The notes under the pieces: model-generated
Told to the model about the DNA's origin: nothing
Databases searched by the model: none
What the model saw: the letters and a program-made list of their open reading frames with translations, nothing else
Shown: positions 13,973 through 26,977 of the stretch, piece by piece
How positions within the stretch are numbered: position 1 is the first letter of the stretch
How the letters are laid out: every line of letters starts with the position of its first letter
Made by a program: the position numbers and the translations under genes
DNA from: Octopus vulgaris
Lineage: Eukaryota
DNA: 64,000 nt
Reading direction: 5' to 3'
NCBI GenBank assembly: GCA_951406725.2
Contig: OX597817.1
Span: 143,592,001-143,656,000, forward strand

Positions 13973-14662
13973 GATGGGCTTCTTTCAGTTTCTGTCTACC
14001 AAATCCACTCACAAGGCTTTGGTCAGCCCGAGGCTATAATAGAAGACACTTGCCCAAAGTGGCATACAGTGGGACTGAACCCGGAACCATGTGGTTGGGA
14101 AGCAAGCTCCTTACCACACACCCATTATGTGTATATATATATTTATTGTGTCAACTATAAACCTACTGACTTTCACTACCATCTTCATTACTCTTTCTCT
14201 CACCCCAAACACATTAAATCTGCCGTACCTTTCTCTCAATTTCTTCACCTTTGATGACTTTGCAGTGTAGATTTGGATTTCAAATCCCATTGAAAAAACG
14301 ATGTAACAGTTTTTTCTGAATCTCCATCAGTTATCGGCCCGGCACTTCACCAAGCCCAAGTCATCAACTGCACCGCAGCTCTCCAGCCATCTTCACACAC
14401 TTCCACTGACTATATTCCACTCTCTCTCACCTACCACCCGGCCATCCTCCCTCTAAAATACAAATTCACCCACAACTTTTGCCTCCTTCTTTCTGATCCA
14501 ACAGCCACCCCTATGTTTCCCACACTGCTTCTCTTATCTTTTAAAAAGGATAGAGTCTTAGAGATTGTGCTAGAAGCTTCACAGCTCCCAGCTCCGCACA
14601 ACCAGGAACCTTTAAACATTCTCACTGATGATGTAACACATGCCCACTACATCAACAATATT

Positions 14663-15072
14663 TATTTCTTTATTGCCCACAAGGGGCTAAACAAACAGGG
14701 GACAAACAAGGACAGACAAAGGGATGAAGTTGATTACATCGACCCCAGTGTGTAACTGGTACTTATTTAATCGATCCCGAAAGGATGAAAGGCAAAGTCG
14801 ACCTCGGCAAAATTTGAACACAGAACATAATGGCAGATGAAATACCTATTTCTTTACTACACACAAGGGGCTAAACACAGAGGGGACAAACAAGGACAGA
14901 CAAACGGATTAAGTCGATTATATCAACCCCAATGTGTAACTGGTACTTATTTAATTGAAAGGATGAAAGGCAATGTCGCCTAGGCGGAATTTGAACTCAG
15001 AACGTAGCGGCAGACGAAATACCGCTGAGCATTTAGCCTGGCATGCTAATGAGTCTGCAAGCTCACCGCCCT
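14663..15072 (-). mobile_element. Tandem (partial + full) family B SINE with 16-bp TSD
   Basis: TSD ctacatcaacaatatt at 14647-14662 and 15073-15088. Confidence 0.88.
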
Positions 15073-15547
15073 CTACATCAACAATATTACCACCATCATA
15101 GGGCCCCAAGATGCAATATCATATAACACACCACTTTTTTTGCACTTTGCTGAATCTCATATATTGCATCATATGCAAGCTCTGCGATGCCCTTTACATT
15201 GGAGAAAACAGGGTGGCACCTTAGGGACTGCTTTTGTGAACACATCAGAAGCATAATGTTACATATGCCAGGCCAGCCTGTTGCCACCCACTTCAATACT
15301 GTGAATTATTCTATTGAAGATTTATTGGTGGGTGGCATGGCCTTGTACCACGGACCCCACTTCTCTAGGAAACGAAAGGAGCAATGTCTCATATTTGATC
15401 TTGGTACTGTATCCCCGACAGATACGAATGAAAGTTTTACCGTTCATCATTTCACCTCCTCTTAATTCTTTTTTACCCTTTTTAATCCTCCTTCCACCCT
15501 GTCTCTGCAACATTCTTGTATTTACTTACCTTTACTCTCTCCGTTTT

Positions 15548-15875
15548 GGAGGCACAATGGCCCAGTGGTTAGGGCAGCGGACTCGCGGTCATAGGATCGC
15601 GGTTTCGATTCCCAGACCGGGCGTTGTGAGTGTTTATTGAGCGAAAACACCTAAAGCTCCATGAGGCTCCGGCAGGGGACGGTGGTGATCCCTGCTGTAC
15701 TCTTTCACCACAACTTTCTCTCACTCTTACTTCCTGTTTCTGTTGTACCTGTATTTCAAAGGGTACACGTGTCTGTGGAGTGCTCAGCCACTTACACGTT
15801 AATTTCATGAGCAGGCTGTTCCGTTGATTCGAATCAACCGGAACCCTCGTCGTCGTAACCAACGGAGTGCTTCCA
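15548..15875 (+). mobile_element. Family C SINE inside the Penelope-like element
   Basis: tRNA-like head ggaggcacaatggcccagtggttagggcagcggac...gtttcgattccc. Confidence 0.85.
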
Positions 15876-16466
15876 ACTCTCTCTGTCATTCTTTTCCTCC
15901 TCCTTTCTGCATGCCCTACCCTATAACTTCTGTTTCTCGTTTGCAGCCTGTGTTATTCTGTTTCCATTATCAGCTGCAGCCAGTTTTTCAAGCTGAACGG
16001 ATGTTAAAAACTCTGTCTTTCTTCTTCTCTCTTTCTCTACCCACTGACGAAGGATGGCATCCGAAATGTTGGATATTCCACTCCTCATGGCAAGTTCACC
16101 GTACCCCTTTCACTTCTTTCTATATTCTTTCAAGTCTTGCCAACGCAGAGCTACACAAAATTCCTCGTAGTTTGCCTGATTACATACATACATGCATGCA
16201 TGCATGCATTCATACATACATACATGCATGCATACATACATACATGCGTGCATACATGCATACATACATACATACATGCGTGCATACATGCATACATACA
16301 TACATGCGTGCATACATGCATACATACATACATACATACATACATACATACATACATACATACATACATACATACATACATACATACATACGTATATTTG
16401 TTAAATGAAATGAGACAGCAAAGCCAAGACTGTGGAATTTTCAGGACATTTATAAAGAGAAAGTTA

Positions 16467-16514
16467 GTCTTACAGCTGTTTCTGGGATATTAGGAATATC
16501 CCTTCATCAGAGAT
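16467..16514 (-). ncRNA. Minimal type-I hammerhead ribozyme motif
   Basis: Minus strand: atct-CTGATGA-a-gggatatt(cct)aatatccc-a-GAAAC-agct-GTA-agac; the stem III loop AGCT is palindromic. Confidence 0.75.
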
Positions 16515-17246
16515 GATGTGTGATGGTTAAATAGAGGGAAATATTAGAGTTCAGTATAAGGAGTTATTTTGGAAAAGGAAGCAAATAAGGAGTATATAGG
16601 GAAATAGGAGAATGAATGTAGAAATAAAAATAAAAATGTATAAAGATGTTACAGTTGCAGTTCCATTATCCAAGGTAGAAATGCTTCATGTCTGTGGTAT
16701 GTAAATTCCAATACAATTCCACATTTTGTCATCACAAATGGAAAGTGTGGAGATGTAGATTCCATGTGCTGTTCATTCAAAGGGGTTTTGTGGTGTGAAT
16801 GAAAATTTGAGAATGTAGCGGTAGTATTAAGTGGATAGAGAGGGGAGAAGAGATGTGTATGTTAAAACGAAGTGAGAGAGGTAAAAGGAAAAGGTGAGTA
16901 AAGAAGAAGGAAAGAGGAAGAGAAAATGAAAGAAGTGTAAGGTAATGAAAAAAATGTCAATAAAGGAGCATTAGTTGTGGTCAAGATATTATGAGGGGGG
17001 TGGGAGAGGAGTTGGGTGTGTGTGTGAGTAAAATTTAATTATATCAGTGGAATTCAATGTAGATAGAGCTATACATAACAGTGTGTAAATATTGAATTAA
17101 AAAGCCCCTTAGATTGAAAAAGATGAAGGCTGACCATGCAACTCGAACCCACTTCAGTAAATATTCTACAAATTATTTCACATTCTCTCAAACTTTCTAA
17201 ATTCTTATGATATAAACAATATGTGTGTGTGTGTGTGTGTGTGTGT

Positions 17247-17303
<57 letters not shown>

Positions 17304-17331
17304 GTGTGTATATATGTATATATCTGTATAT

Positions 17332-17525
17332 ACAAGGGGGTGCTGAAAAGTTTCTGTCTTTTGGTAACAGAAAATACACGAGGATCAATTAATTATAATT
17401 TTATTCAATATATTCCCCTCTCAGATTCACTCACAAATTGCAGTGGTCCTTCAGTTTTTCTAAGCCTTATAAAAGAACTTGGAAAGGCGGGCCCCCAAAC
17501 AGGCCTTTCATGACACCCTTAAAGC
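17332..17525 (+). mobile_element. Mariner-like MITE fragment
   Basis: TA followed by caagggggtgctgaaaagtt..., same family as the complete copy at 33090-33305. Confidence 0.65.
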
Positions 17526-17698
17526 CATATATATATATATATATATATACAAAAAGCAATAAAGATTCAAGTTAATTTAAATGAATTTACTTGAATATGG
17601 TACCTAACTTAGATGCACCAAAAAAAACTATACTGATTTAACAATACAGTAATGTGGGGTGATTATAAGCGAGAATGAAGCAACAAGAATGGATAGGT

Positions 17699-17789
17699 TT
17701 TTAGTACAATCGTTTCATACAAGGACAGGTTTTATTAAAAGTTGCAAAAATTACAGCATATAAACGTGTCCCGTACTCATCAGCTAAAA
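17699..17789 (-). ncRNA. Type-I hammerhead motif in the left arm of the inverted repeat
   Basis: Reverse complement of the motif at 18116-18206. Confidence 0.72.
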
Positions 17790-18115
17790 TACATGTGAGT
17801 TCTCTAGACATCCTAGTGGTTGAGGCTATACTCATGAAGTAATGTAGATAATTAAGTAACATAAACAGATTTCAAAAGTTCATTAAAGTTCTTTAAAGAT
17901 GATGTACAGTCTTATCACAGAATTTTAAAAAAGTCTTAATAGCATCACCTTCTCTGTGATGCTATTAAGACTTTTTTTAAAATTCTGTGATAAGACTGTA
18001 CATCATCTTTAAAGAACTTTAATGAACTTTTGAAATCTGTTTATGTTACTTAATTATCTACATTACTTCATGAGTATAGCCTCAACCACTAGGATGTCTA
18101 GAGAACTCACATGTA

Positions 18116-18206
18116 TTTTAGCTGATGAGTACGGGACACGTTTATATGCTGTAATTTTTGCAACTTTTAATAAAACCTGTCCTTGTATGAAACGATTGTA
18201 CTAAAA
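18116..18206 (+). ncRNA. Type-I hammerhead motif with an extended stem II
   Basis: ttttag-CTGATGA-gtacgggaca...tgtccttgtat-GAAAC-gatt-GTA-ctaaaa; perfect 6-bp stem I. Confidence 0.72.
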
Positions 18207-18869
18207 ACCTATCCATTCTTGTTGCTTCATTCTCGCGTATATATATATATATATATGCACACACAACAGATTTCCTTTCTACTAAATTCCTTCCCTTGTT
18301 AATTATCAGGCTGCAGTGGAAGACAGTGTCATACAGTGGAAATGAACCAGAAACCACGTGGATGTAAATGAACTTTTCAACCACTCAGCCATGCCCAACA
18401 CTGATGAGCAGGTGTTGTTTAATGAAATTCAATAAAAAATTGTTTTTGAGAGCAAATGCAATTTGCTGTTTTCAAAATAAGTTATTTTATTGTTTTTCAT
18501 AAGAATATATTCTCTCTCAAAAACAATTTTTATTTTATTAGAAATTTGGATAAAATAGGACATGAAATTAGGTCAAGATGGTTGGGATTGTTAATAAAAT
18601 ATAGGAATGAGTTCTGTGATTTTTTGGTAAATCTCACATATATCTGTTGTCCCCCTGAATGCTGAGCAAAATGCGTTGTGACATTTCACTTGTCTTTGTG
18701 TTCTGAGTTCAAAACTCTGTGAAGGTCAGTGCTTAAGTACTGGCCAGAGCAGGTTTTGATTGCCCCTCTCATAAGCTGAACAGATACCCCAGAAGTCTTT
18801 CAGTCGGGACCAAGAAGGCCAGCACTGACTCATACATCTCTGAATATGGAAGCCGCCCCCCCACGAACA

Positions 18870-19142
18870 CCACAACCTCCTCCTCCACTCCTCCTCCTCC
18901 TCCTCCTCCACCACCACTACCATCACCACCACAAGTACCACCAACACCAACACCACCTCCATCACCACCACCACCACCACCACCGCCACCACCGCCGCTG
19001 CCACTACCACCACCACCACCACCACACCATTGTCGTCATCATCATCATCATCATCCTCCTCCTCGTCATTGTCGTCATTGTCGTCGTCGTCGTCGTCGTC
19101 CTCCTCCTCCTCCTCCTCATCATCATCATCATCACCATCATC
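18870..19142. repeat. Compound (CCT/CAC/CAT/GTC)n trinucleotide repeat
   Basis: Directly visible. Confidence 0.9.
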
Positions 19143-19440
19143 TAACCTCTATTTTCCATGCTGGCATGGGTTGGACAGCTATTAAAGAATGTCTGCAATT
19201 AAAAAAGGAAAAGGGATTGAAAATATTTAAGAAAATAAAATCAGAAGAAAAGAATGGAATTCCCCAGTTTAGAAATGTTTGAAGTGTAAGAAATTAGGGG
19301 ACAATTAGAAGGATTCTGTGTTCTTTTATTACAGACTGTGGCCATGCTGGGATACTGCTGTGAAGGGTTTAATTGATCAAATCAATTCTACTTAATATTT
19401 TAAGTCTGGTACATATTTTGTCAGTCCCTTATGCTGAATT

Positions 19441-20405
19441 GTCTCCCATTCAAACTGCTTCAGCTTTTGGAATGTCATCCTTGTTGTATGTGGCTGAGCA
19501 TTATCCTAATCAAAGAACACTTTTTGCCTTGAAACCACAGATGGTCGTTTTTCTTCTAGCGCTAACTTAGGCTGATCAAGATGCCCACAGAAGATCTCCT
19601 TTGTTATAGTTTGGTTTGGGTTTAAAAGTTCAAAGTGGACTAAACCTTTCATATTCCACCAAACAGATAACAACACCTTACGTGGGTGAAGACCTTTTTT
19701 AGCCTGGTGTTTTTCCTTTCCCTACCCACTGTCTTTGGGGCTTGACATTTTTATAGGGAACCCATTTCTCATCACCAGTCACTATTCGGTCCAAAAATGG
19801 TTTATTTGTGAGACATGACAGTAAAGAAGAGCACACATTCACTCTCTGCATGTGATTAGACTTTGAAAGTTTGTGAAAAACCCATTGACCCAATTTGCTG
19901 ACTTTTCTGATGGCGAGCAGGTGTTGATGAATGATTGAATGACCAAATCCAAGATCCTCTGCTAGTTCCTCAAGAGTTACGATAGGATTTTGTTCCACCA
20001 AGGTTTGAAGGATGTCCTCATCAAGCTCTATAGATCTTCAAGGATAGGCTCATCTTCTAGGCAGTAGTTTCTGGCTTGGAATTTTTGGAACTATCATTGA
20101 CACTGGCTTATGCTTATTGTACGATCCCCATTTACTGCATTAATATTCCTTGCACTTTCCATTGCGTTGTTACCTTTATTGAACTCATAAAGCAAAATAA
20201 ACCGAATATGCTCCTTTGTCACTTCCATTATAGCTTTGAAAAAATAACTGTTAGAATTGAACTGCACTCTTCAAAACTTGCACTAAGAATAAGGTAAAAT
20301 TACTACCTGCTTTTATAGCAAGTTGATGCAGGTAGTTTATCTTGTCCTCCTCCAACTTTTAATTCATGCATTTGGAAAAAATGCATTATTTATGGGATGA
20401 CCCAA
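19441..20405 (-). mobile_element. Degenerate mariner (Tc1/mariner) transposon, 3'-truncated
   Basis: TIR ttgggtcatcccataaataatgc next to TA at about 20405; ATG at 20228 (MEVTKEHIRFILLYEFNKG); KLGQWVFHKL, FLDRIVTGDEKWV, HPRKVLLSVWW and DNAQPH motifs with stops and frameshifts. Confidence 0.92.
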
Positions 20406-20427
20406 TATATATACATATACATATATA

Positions 20428-21025
20428 TCATCATCATCATCATCATTGTTTAACGTCCATTTTCCATGCTAGCATGGGTTGGATGGTTTGACTGGGGTCT
20501 GGGAAGACAGGAGGTTGCACCAGGCTCCAGTCTGATCTGGCAGTGTTTCTACAACTGGATGCCCTTCCTAATGCCAACCACTCCATGAGTGTAGTGGGTG
20601 CTTTTTACATGCCACTGGCACAGGTGCCAGGCGAGACTGGTAACGGCCATGATCGGCTGGTGCTTTTTATGTGCTACCAGTATGGAAGCCAGTCAAGGCG
20701 GCACTGGCATCGGCCACGTTCGGATGGTGCTTTTTACGTGCCACTGGCACAGGTATCACAATTACAATTTCCATTTGATTTTTGATGTTGATGTACTTGA
20801 CTTAATCGGTCTCTTCAAGCACAGCAGGTCGCTCTACGGTCCAAGGCACTTTGGATGGGCTGGGGCTTCTATGTGAAACTGGTGCAGGAAACAGCCATGA
20901 ACTCACGTTATTTGTCAGGTCTTCGCAGTCACAGCATATCTCCAGAGGTCTCGGTCTTTTGTCATTGCCTCTGTGAGACCCAACATTTGAAGGTCATGCT
21001 TGACCACCTCATCCCATGTCTTCCT
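20428..21025 (-). mobile_element. RTE 3' end (C-terminal codons, 3' UTR, (GAT)n tail)
   Basis: Same family as 8485-10570. Further 3'-only copies lie at about 30195-30565, 34130-34740, 40141-40455, 44263-44462, 46160-46610, 47410-47695, 52870-53250, 56700-57150, 58500-58712 and 63041-63405. Confidence 0.85.
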
Positions 21026-21688
21026 GATATATATAAAGATATATGCGTACACACACACATTCGTCATCACCATTATCATTGTCATCACGAGCATTGTAAT
21101 TGTTGTACCCCCTCCTCCTCCTCCTCCTCCTCCTCATCATCATCATCATTATCATTGTCAAACATCACCTAGTGTTCCCTTTTTTCCCTCCTGGCATGAG
21201 TTAGATATGTTTTCTGTGGCAGCATTTTTACGACTGGATGCCTTTCCTGTCACTGCAGAGAAACAACAAATGGTTTGTCTGCCTGCAACCAAAGTGGCAC
21301 CACCCATCTTCCTTACTTCACTCTCAAGCAAAAGACAAGGGCCTAAAATATCAGATTCCTCATTCTTCATGGCAGTTAGCTTTCTTAGACTCTTTTACAA
21401 ACTGTCTTTGGTTTCTAGATTTATATTTTATCCACTCAGCTATCTTTGGTCTTTTTGGTGAGATATTGACATAGAATGTTGGATTTTGGCAGAAGAATGA
21501 GGAATACAACTATGGTAACTGAATATGGAATTAGCAGCAGGGGTGTTGACATTTTTCTGATTTCTAGCTATTTATTTCTTACATTACCATTTACTTCATT
21601 GTAGAGTATGTATTTAAGTGTTTGAAAGGAATAAAAATAAAAAAAACAATTGGAAAGTAAGAAAGAAGAAAACTGATTTTAAGTACAA

Positions 21689-21745
<57 letters not shown>

Positions 21746-21795
21746 GTCTGTGTGTCTGTCTGTCTGTCTGTCTGTCTTTCTATCTATCTGTCTGT

Positions 21796-21853
<58 letters not shown>

Positions 21854-21910
21854 GTGTGTGTCTGTGTGTCTGTCTGTCTGTCTATCTATCAATCTATCTG
21901 TATCTCTCTC

Positions 21911-21958
<48 letters not shown>

Positions 21959-22769
21959 GTCTGGCTTTCTGTCTATCTGTCTGTCTGTCTGTCTGCACGT
22001 CTCCTGGCTCTTTATGCTCTGAGTTCAAATTCCACCAAGGTTGATTTTTGGCTTTTTATCCCTTTAGGGGTTGATAGATTAAGTACCAGTACAACACTGG
22101 GGTTGATATAATTGACTACCTGTCCCCCAAAACCCCAGCCCTTGTGCCTATGTGTGAAAGAACAGCATGGTGAGCAAAATACCACTAAGCATTTTGTCCG
22201 TTTTTATGCTCTCAAAGGTTGATTTTTCCCTTTCATCCTTTCGGGGTCGATAAAATAAGTACCAGTTGAGCACAGGGCTTGATATAACTGATTTACCCAT
22301 TCCCTAAAATTGCTGGCAATGTACCAAAATTTGAAACCTTTATATTATTATTATATATATAGGCGCAGGAGTGGCTGTGTGGTAAGTAGCTTGCTTACCA
22401 ACCATATGGTCATGGGTTCAGTCCCACTGCATGACATCTTGGATAAGTGTCTTCTACTATAGCCTCAGGCTGATCAAAGCCTTGTGAGTGGATTTGGTAG
22501 ACGGAAACTGGAAGAAGCCTGTCGTATATGTATATATATATGTATTTCACTACTGCCCACAAGGGGCTAAACACAGAGGGGACAAACGGATTATGTCGAT
22601 GACATCGACCCCAGGGCGTAACTGGTACTTAATTTATCGACCCCGAAAGGATGAAAGGCAAAGTCGACCTCGGCGGACTTTGAACTCAGAACATAACGGC
22701 AGAAGAAATATGGCTACGCATTTCGCCCGGCGTGCTAATGAGTCTGCCAGCTCGCCGCCTTTATATATG

Positions 22770-22804
<35 letters not shown>

Positions 22805-22805
22805 T

Positions 22806-22836
<31 letters not shown>

Positions 22837-23059
22837 TTGTGTGCCTGTGTTTGTCCCCCAACATTACTTGACAACCGATGCTGGTGTGTTTATGTCCCCG
22901 TAACTTAGCGGTTCGGCAAAATGGACTGATAGAATAAGTACTAGGCTTACAAAGAATAAACTCTGGGTGAATATGTTCGACTAAAAGCGGTGCTCCAGTA
23001 TGGCCGCAGTCAAATGACTGAAACAAGTAAAAGAATAAAAGAATATGAAAACGCACAGC

Positions 23060-23335
23060 TTATTTTGCTAGGTATGATGGAAAGTGTCAGCTGTATACAG
23101 CCAGCAGAATAAGGTGACACTTGTTTTACTGTCCAGGCTTTGAGAACCCTGCAAAGAATTCTTGCAGGTCCAAGCAATGCTGATTTTTGTAGGTGTTCCA
23201 CCTTCACACCTGCACTGATCTTTTTCAGTAATATTGGTAGTTGAGTGCTGATACTTCCAAGTGCACCAATTACTATTGGTATCACGTCTGCTCTCTTCAT
23301 TGACCACAAACTTCGCATTTCCCACATTATTCTAT
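23060..23335 (-). mobile_element. R4/Dong-like non-LTR retrotransposon 3' fragment (restriction-like endonuclease C-terminus)
   Basis: EMRSLWSMKRADVIPIVIGALGSI...LQKSALLGPARILCRVL. Confidence 0.8.
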
Positions 23336-24842
23336 TAAGGCGGTGAGTTGGCAGAATCGTTAGCATGCTAAACAAAATGCTTAGTAGCATTTCCCTTATC
23401 GCTACATCTGAGTTGAAATTCCACTCAGGTTGACTTTACCTTTCATCCATTTGGGGTCGATAAAATAAGTACCAGTTGAACACTGAGGGGGGGGGTCAGT
23501 GTAATCGACTCATCTCCCCCTCCCCCCATAATTGCTGCCCTTCTGGCAAAATTTGAAATAATCATCATCATCATCATCATCATCATCATTCAGGCGATGA
23601 GCTGGCAGAATTGTTAGCACACCGGATGAAATGCTTAGTGGTTTTTCACCTGTTATACATTCTGAGTTCAAATTCTGCCGAGGTTGACTTTGCCTCTCAT
23701 CCTTTCGGAGTTGATAAACACTGGGGTTGATGTAATTGACTCATCCCCTTCCCCAAATTTAGTAGTGGTAGCACTTTTTTTTTGGTAGGCGACAGGCAGA
23801 TTGAAGAATTTGGTAAAAAAGTCAGTGACTTAAATGGAAGTATTTGTGTGCATATGTGTATGCATGTGTGTATGCATGAAAGTGCAAGTACCTCTGTGTG
23901 TGTATTTGTGTGTGTGTGTGTGTGTGTGGTGCATTTCTGGTTTTGACTCAGACTTTCCAGATAGAAATATAATCACAAGAATTCAAAGAGACTCTCGTGC
24001 TAGTCTGTGTCAGCAAAAAAGATAAATGAGAGCTTTATTGGGTGGGGGTGGGGGGCTACTATAACGAACTGGTGCTACTAAAAAAATTGGGGGTTCTATG
24101 GAATAAGTAACACTATGGTAGGAAGGGGGAAGCTGAGTTCTTCATTTACAATTTGCACTTTATTGTCAGTGTTTGTCCCCCACCCCGATTGTTTTTTCTT
24201 TCTTTCTTTCTTCCTTCTCTCTCTCCCTTTTTTCTTTTTTTTTTTTCATTATTTTAAACAAAATATGGTAGCAGACACTGTAAAGAATTTGTGACACACA
24301 TAACTTACAACACATAAGTCGAGATACAATACATAAAAACAAAACAAAAAAAAATAAAAACAAAGAAAGCACAATAAAACAAAGCAAGAAATAAAAAGTG
24401 TAATAACAATGTAAAAAAACCCCCAAAAAACCCAGAAATACAAACACAAGATCCATTCAGAATGGTAAAAAAAAAATTGTGTTAAAGAAACTTTTTTTGA
24501 AAAATGTTTTAGTTGACAACAAAAGTGTCCCAGATCAGTTTAAAGACTTGGAGTGAGATTTTATTTCTGTTAGCATAAGTTAGTTTTTTGTTTAAGGAAT
24601 AAAAAATTGGTAAGCGGGATTAAATTGATGTGGAAAAAGAAAACGAGAACCATGAAAGTCAGTTTATATTTTGTCTTGAAATAATTGCTAAACAACAACT
24701 TGGTCTGTGGTGGAATCCGATGCCTTCAAGTCTCAAAGATATATAAGGACAGGTTTATGGCTCTATAATACTATCCCCTCTCACTTTCTATATCTCTCTT
24801 TGTCTCTCTTTCTCCCATTCTATCTATCTATCTATCTATCTC

Positions 24843-24892
<50 letters not shown>

Positions 24893-24949
24893 CACCTTTC
24901 TCTCTTTCTCTTTTTCTCTCTCTCTCCCCTCTATCCATATATCCATCTA

Positions 24950-24984
<35 letters not shown>

Positions 24985-25121
24985 GTCTGTCTGTCTGTCT
25001 GTCTGTCTATCCATCCATCCATCCATCCATCCATCATTAACAGTGCATCACAGTTACAAATGTATGTACACACACACACACACACACTCACACACACACA
25101 GACGCACACACACACATGTCA

Positions 25122-25160
<39 letters not shown>

Positions 25161-25256
25161 TGTATGTATGTATGTATACACACAGAGCCACACACACATA
25201 TATGCATATATATATATATATATATATTTATATGTGCATATGTGTGTGTGTGAGAG

Positions 25257-25299
<43 letters not shown>

Positions 25300-25602
25300 G
25301 GAGATACCAATATAAATTAATGTACTTCCAGAGAATTGGTAATTACATTCAGGTACAGCAAGTTAGTAAAAGTGGCAATAATATAAGCAGTTCTTAAAAT
25401 GACATAAACCAGATTCTAATAACTTTTGCCATTTAACCAAACATTGTTTATTCCATCAGGTAATTCTTCAGTTAAGTCTTGAAATTAAAAGATGTAAGCA
25501 AGTGCAAAAATTGCAGCAGAAGATTGTTTTTCCTAAACTCTCATTTACTTCCTTCATGATAGTATTCTTCCTCACTTCACTCAATGGATAATTCTATTTT
25601 CA

Positions 25603-26530
25603 ACTAGCCTTGAAGCTGCCCTTCCAGTCAGGCTGGCTCCTGTGGAGGGTACCTTCGTGGCCTTCAGCACCGCTAGCAGGACCCTTTATGGCCCTCTACC
25701 CTCTTGTAACGTAATAGACTCAGACACATTCATTGTATATGTATTACCTGGTATTAATTATGCGATACCCCATTCAAAACTCCCTACACGAGCGAGGTAA
25801 ATGCAATAAAAATAGGGCAGGAGTTAGTGGGATCCCATTTAAACAATCCTTCAGAAATTGAACTTCCTTATGATACTCTCTGGGAGTTCATGGTATGAAA
25901 TTCATTGTCATTGCTCCAGTTTGGTCACCAATGCCATGTATTTAGTTTAAAATGTAGTAAAATCAGGGGAGTTAGTGGGGTCTCAATTAGGCAGCCCTGA
26001 AAAAAATAGACCCCCTTAGGACATTCCCTGGGATTAGGGGAGTTGCTGGTCTGAGTTTCATTGTCCTTGCACCAACGGTCTGGGAGGAGTTAACGAACAT
26101 AAAAACGTACTGGACAGAGAAACATCACTCAGATATATAATAGGACGAGCAAAACGCACCCCCATCCAATGGATGATGCTGACTTGTCAAACATTTAAAC
26201 CAAATTTTCTCAAAACAACTTGTCTGACCATCTCATAGGCCTCCCCTTTGAGAAACACTGATTTCACCTAAGTTTGAGACACCAGCAAAAGAAGAAATAA
26301 AGATAGACTTTTTTCTATTCCAAGAAAGACGATTTTACAAATGCACGTTCCCACGGCTTTATCAATCGCATTCTCACCTGGAATCGATTTTTGTAATTTT
26401 TTCAAGGCTTATACATGCCTTGATACCATCAGTATCTACATATCAAATTTGAGTGCAATCAGATGGAGGATGCCTGAGATCCTAGAAGACACACACACAG
26501 ATAGACAGAATGGATTTTATATAATAGATT
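25603..26530 (-). mobile_element. Two adjacent non-autonomous Helitron-like elements (about 25603-26140 and 26145-26530)
   Basis: Minus-strand 5' end TCTATTATATAAAATCC...(TG)n at 26530; CTAG-like 3' ends preceded by GC-rich sequence; no TSD seen. Confidence 0.5.
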
Positions 26531-26977
26531 TGCACTTGGCTATTTTATCTTTTATTTGTTTCTGTTACTAGATTGTGGCCATGCTGGGGCACCAACTTGA
26601 AGAGTTTTACTTGAACAAATCAATCTCAGTACCTTTTTTTTAAAGCCTGATAGTTATTCTTACAGGCTCTTTTGCCAAACTACATAAACTCATCACCATC
26701 AGACATCAAGCAGTGATGGAGGACAAACCTAGACGCAAAGACATAAATAGATACAGGTGTAAGACTCAAATAAAGGTTACTCTTACCTTGAGGTGCAATT
26801 GGCAACAGTCCCTCCAAGTGTCAGGTCACAGGAAACAAGCAAAACCTCACAGTTGTATCGATATGTGAGCTCTGCCCAATCTCTGCCTAGAAAGAACTAC
26901 TATGGTCACTCCCAATTCATGTCTGTCCCTCAACACACCGGTAAGAAAGACGCTGTTTTGAACCTACTGCTTCTTAA

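Larger units (their letters stand above)
14150..16110 (+). mobile_element. Degenerate Penelope-like retroelement (RT thumb, linker, GIY-YIG endonuclease, 3' region with hammerhead remnant), interrupted by SINEs
   Basis: [30 protein letters not shown] at about 14156, IPLSLTYHP at about 14413, NLIYCIICKLCDALYIGE at about 15153, and EHIRSI..PVATHFN..RKRKEQCLIFDLGTVSP in ORF 15187-15465; ctgacga-aggatg..atcc-gaaa at 16044-16066. Confidence 0.88.
17669..18236. repeat. Near-perfect inverted repeat (280/281-bp arms, 7-nt loop), probably a Penelope-type inverted terminal repeat
   Basis: Arms 17669-17948 and 17956-18236, loop cttctct; the only difference seen is A6 versus T7 in a homopolymer. Confidence 0.95.

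Noticed and set aside
15548-15620. tRNA gene-like sequence
   Set aside because: It is the tRNA-derived head of a multi-copy SINE and runs directly into the SINE body.
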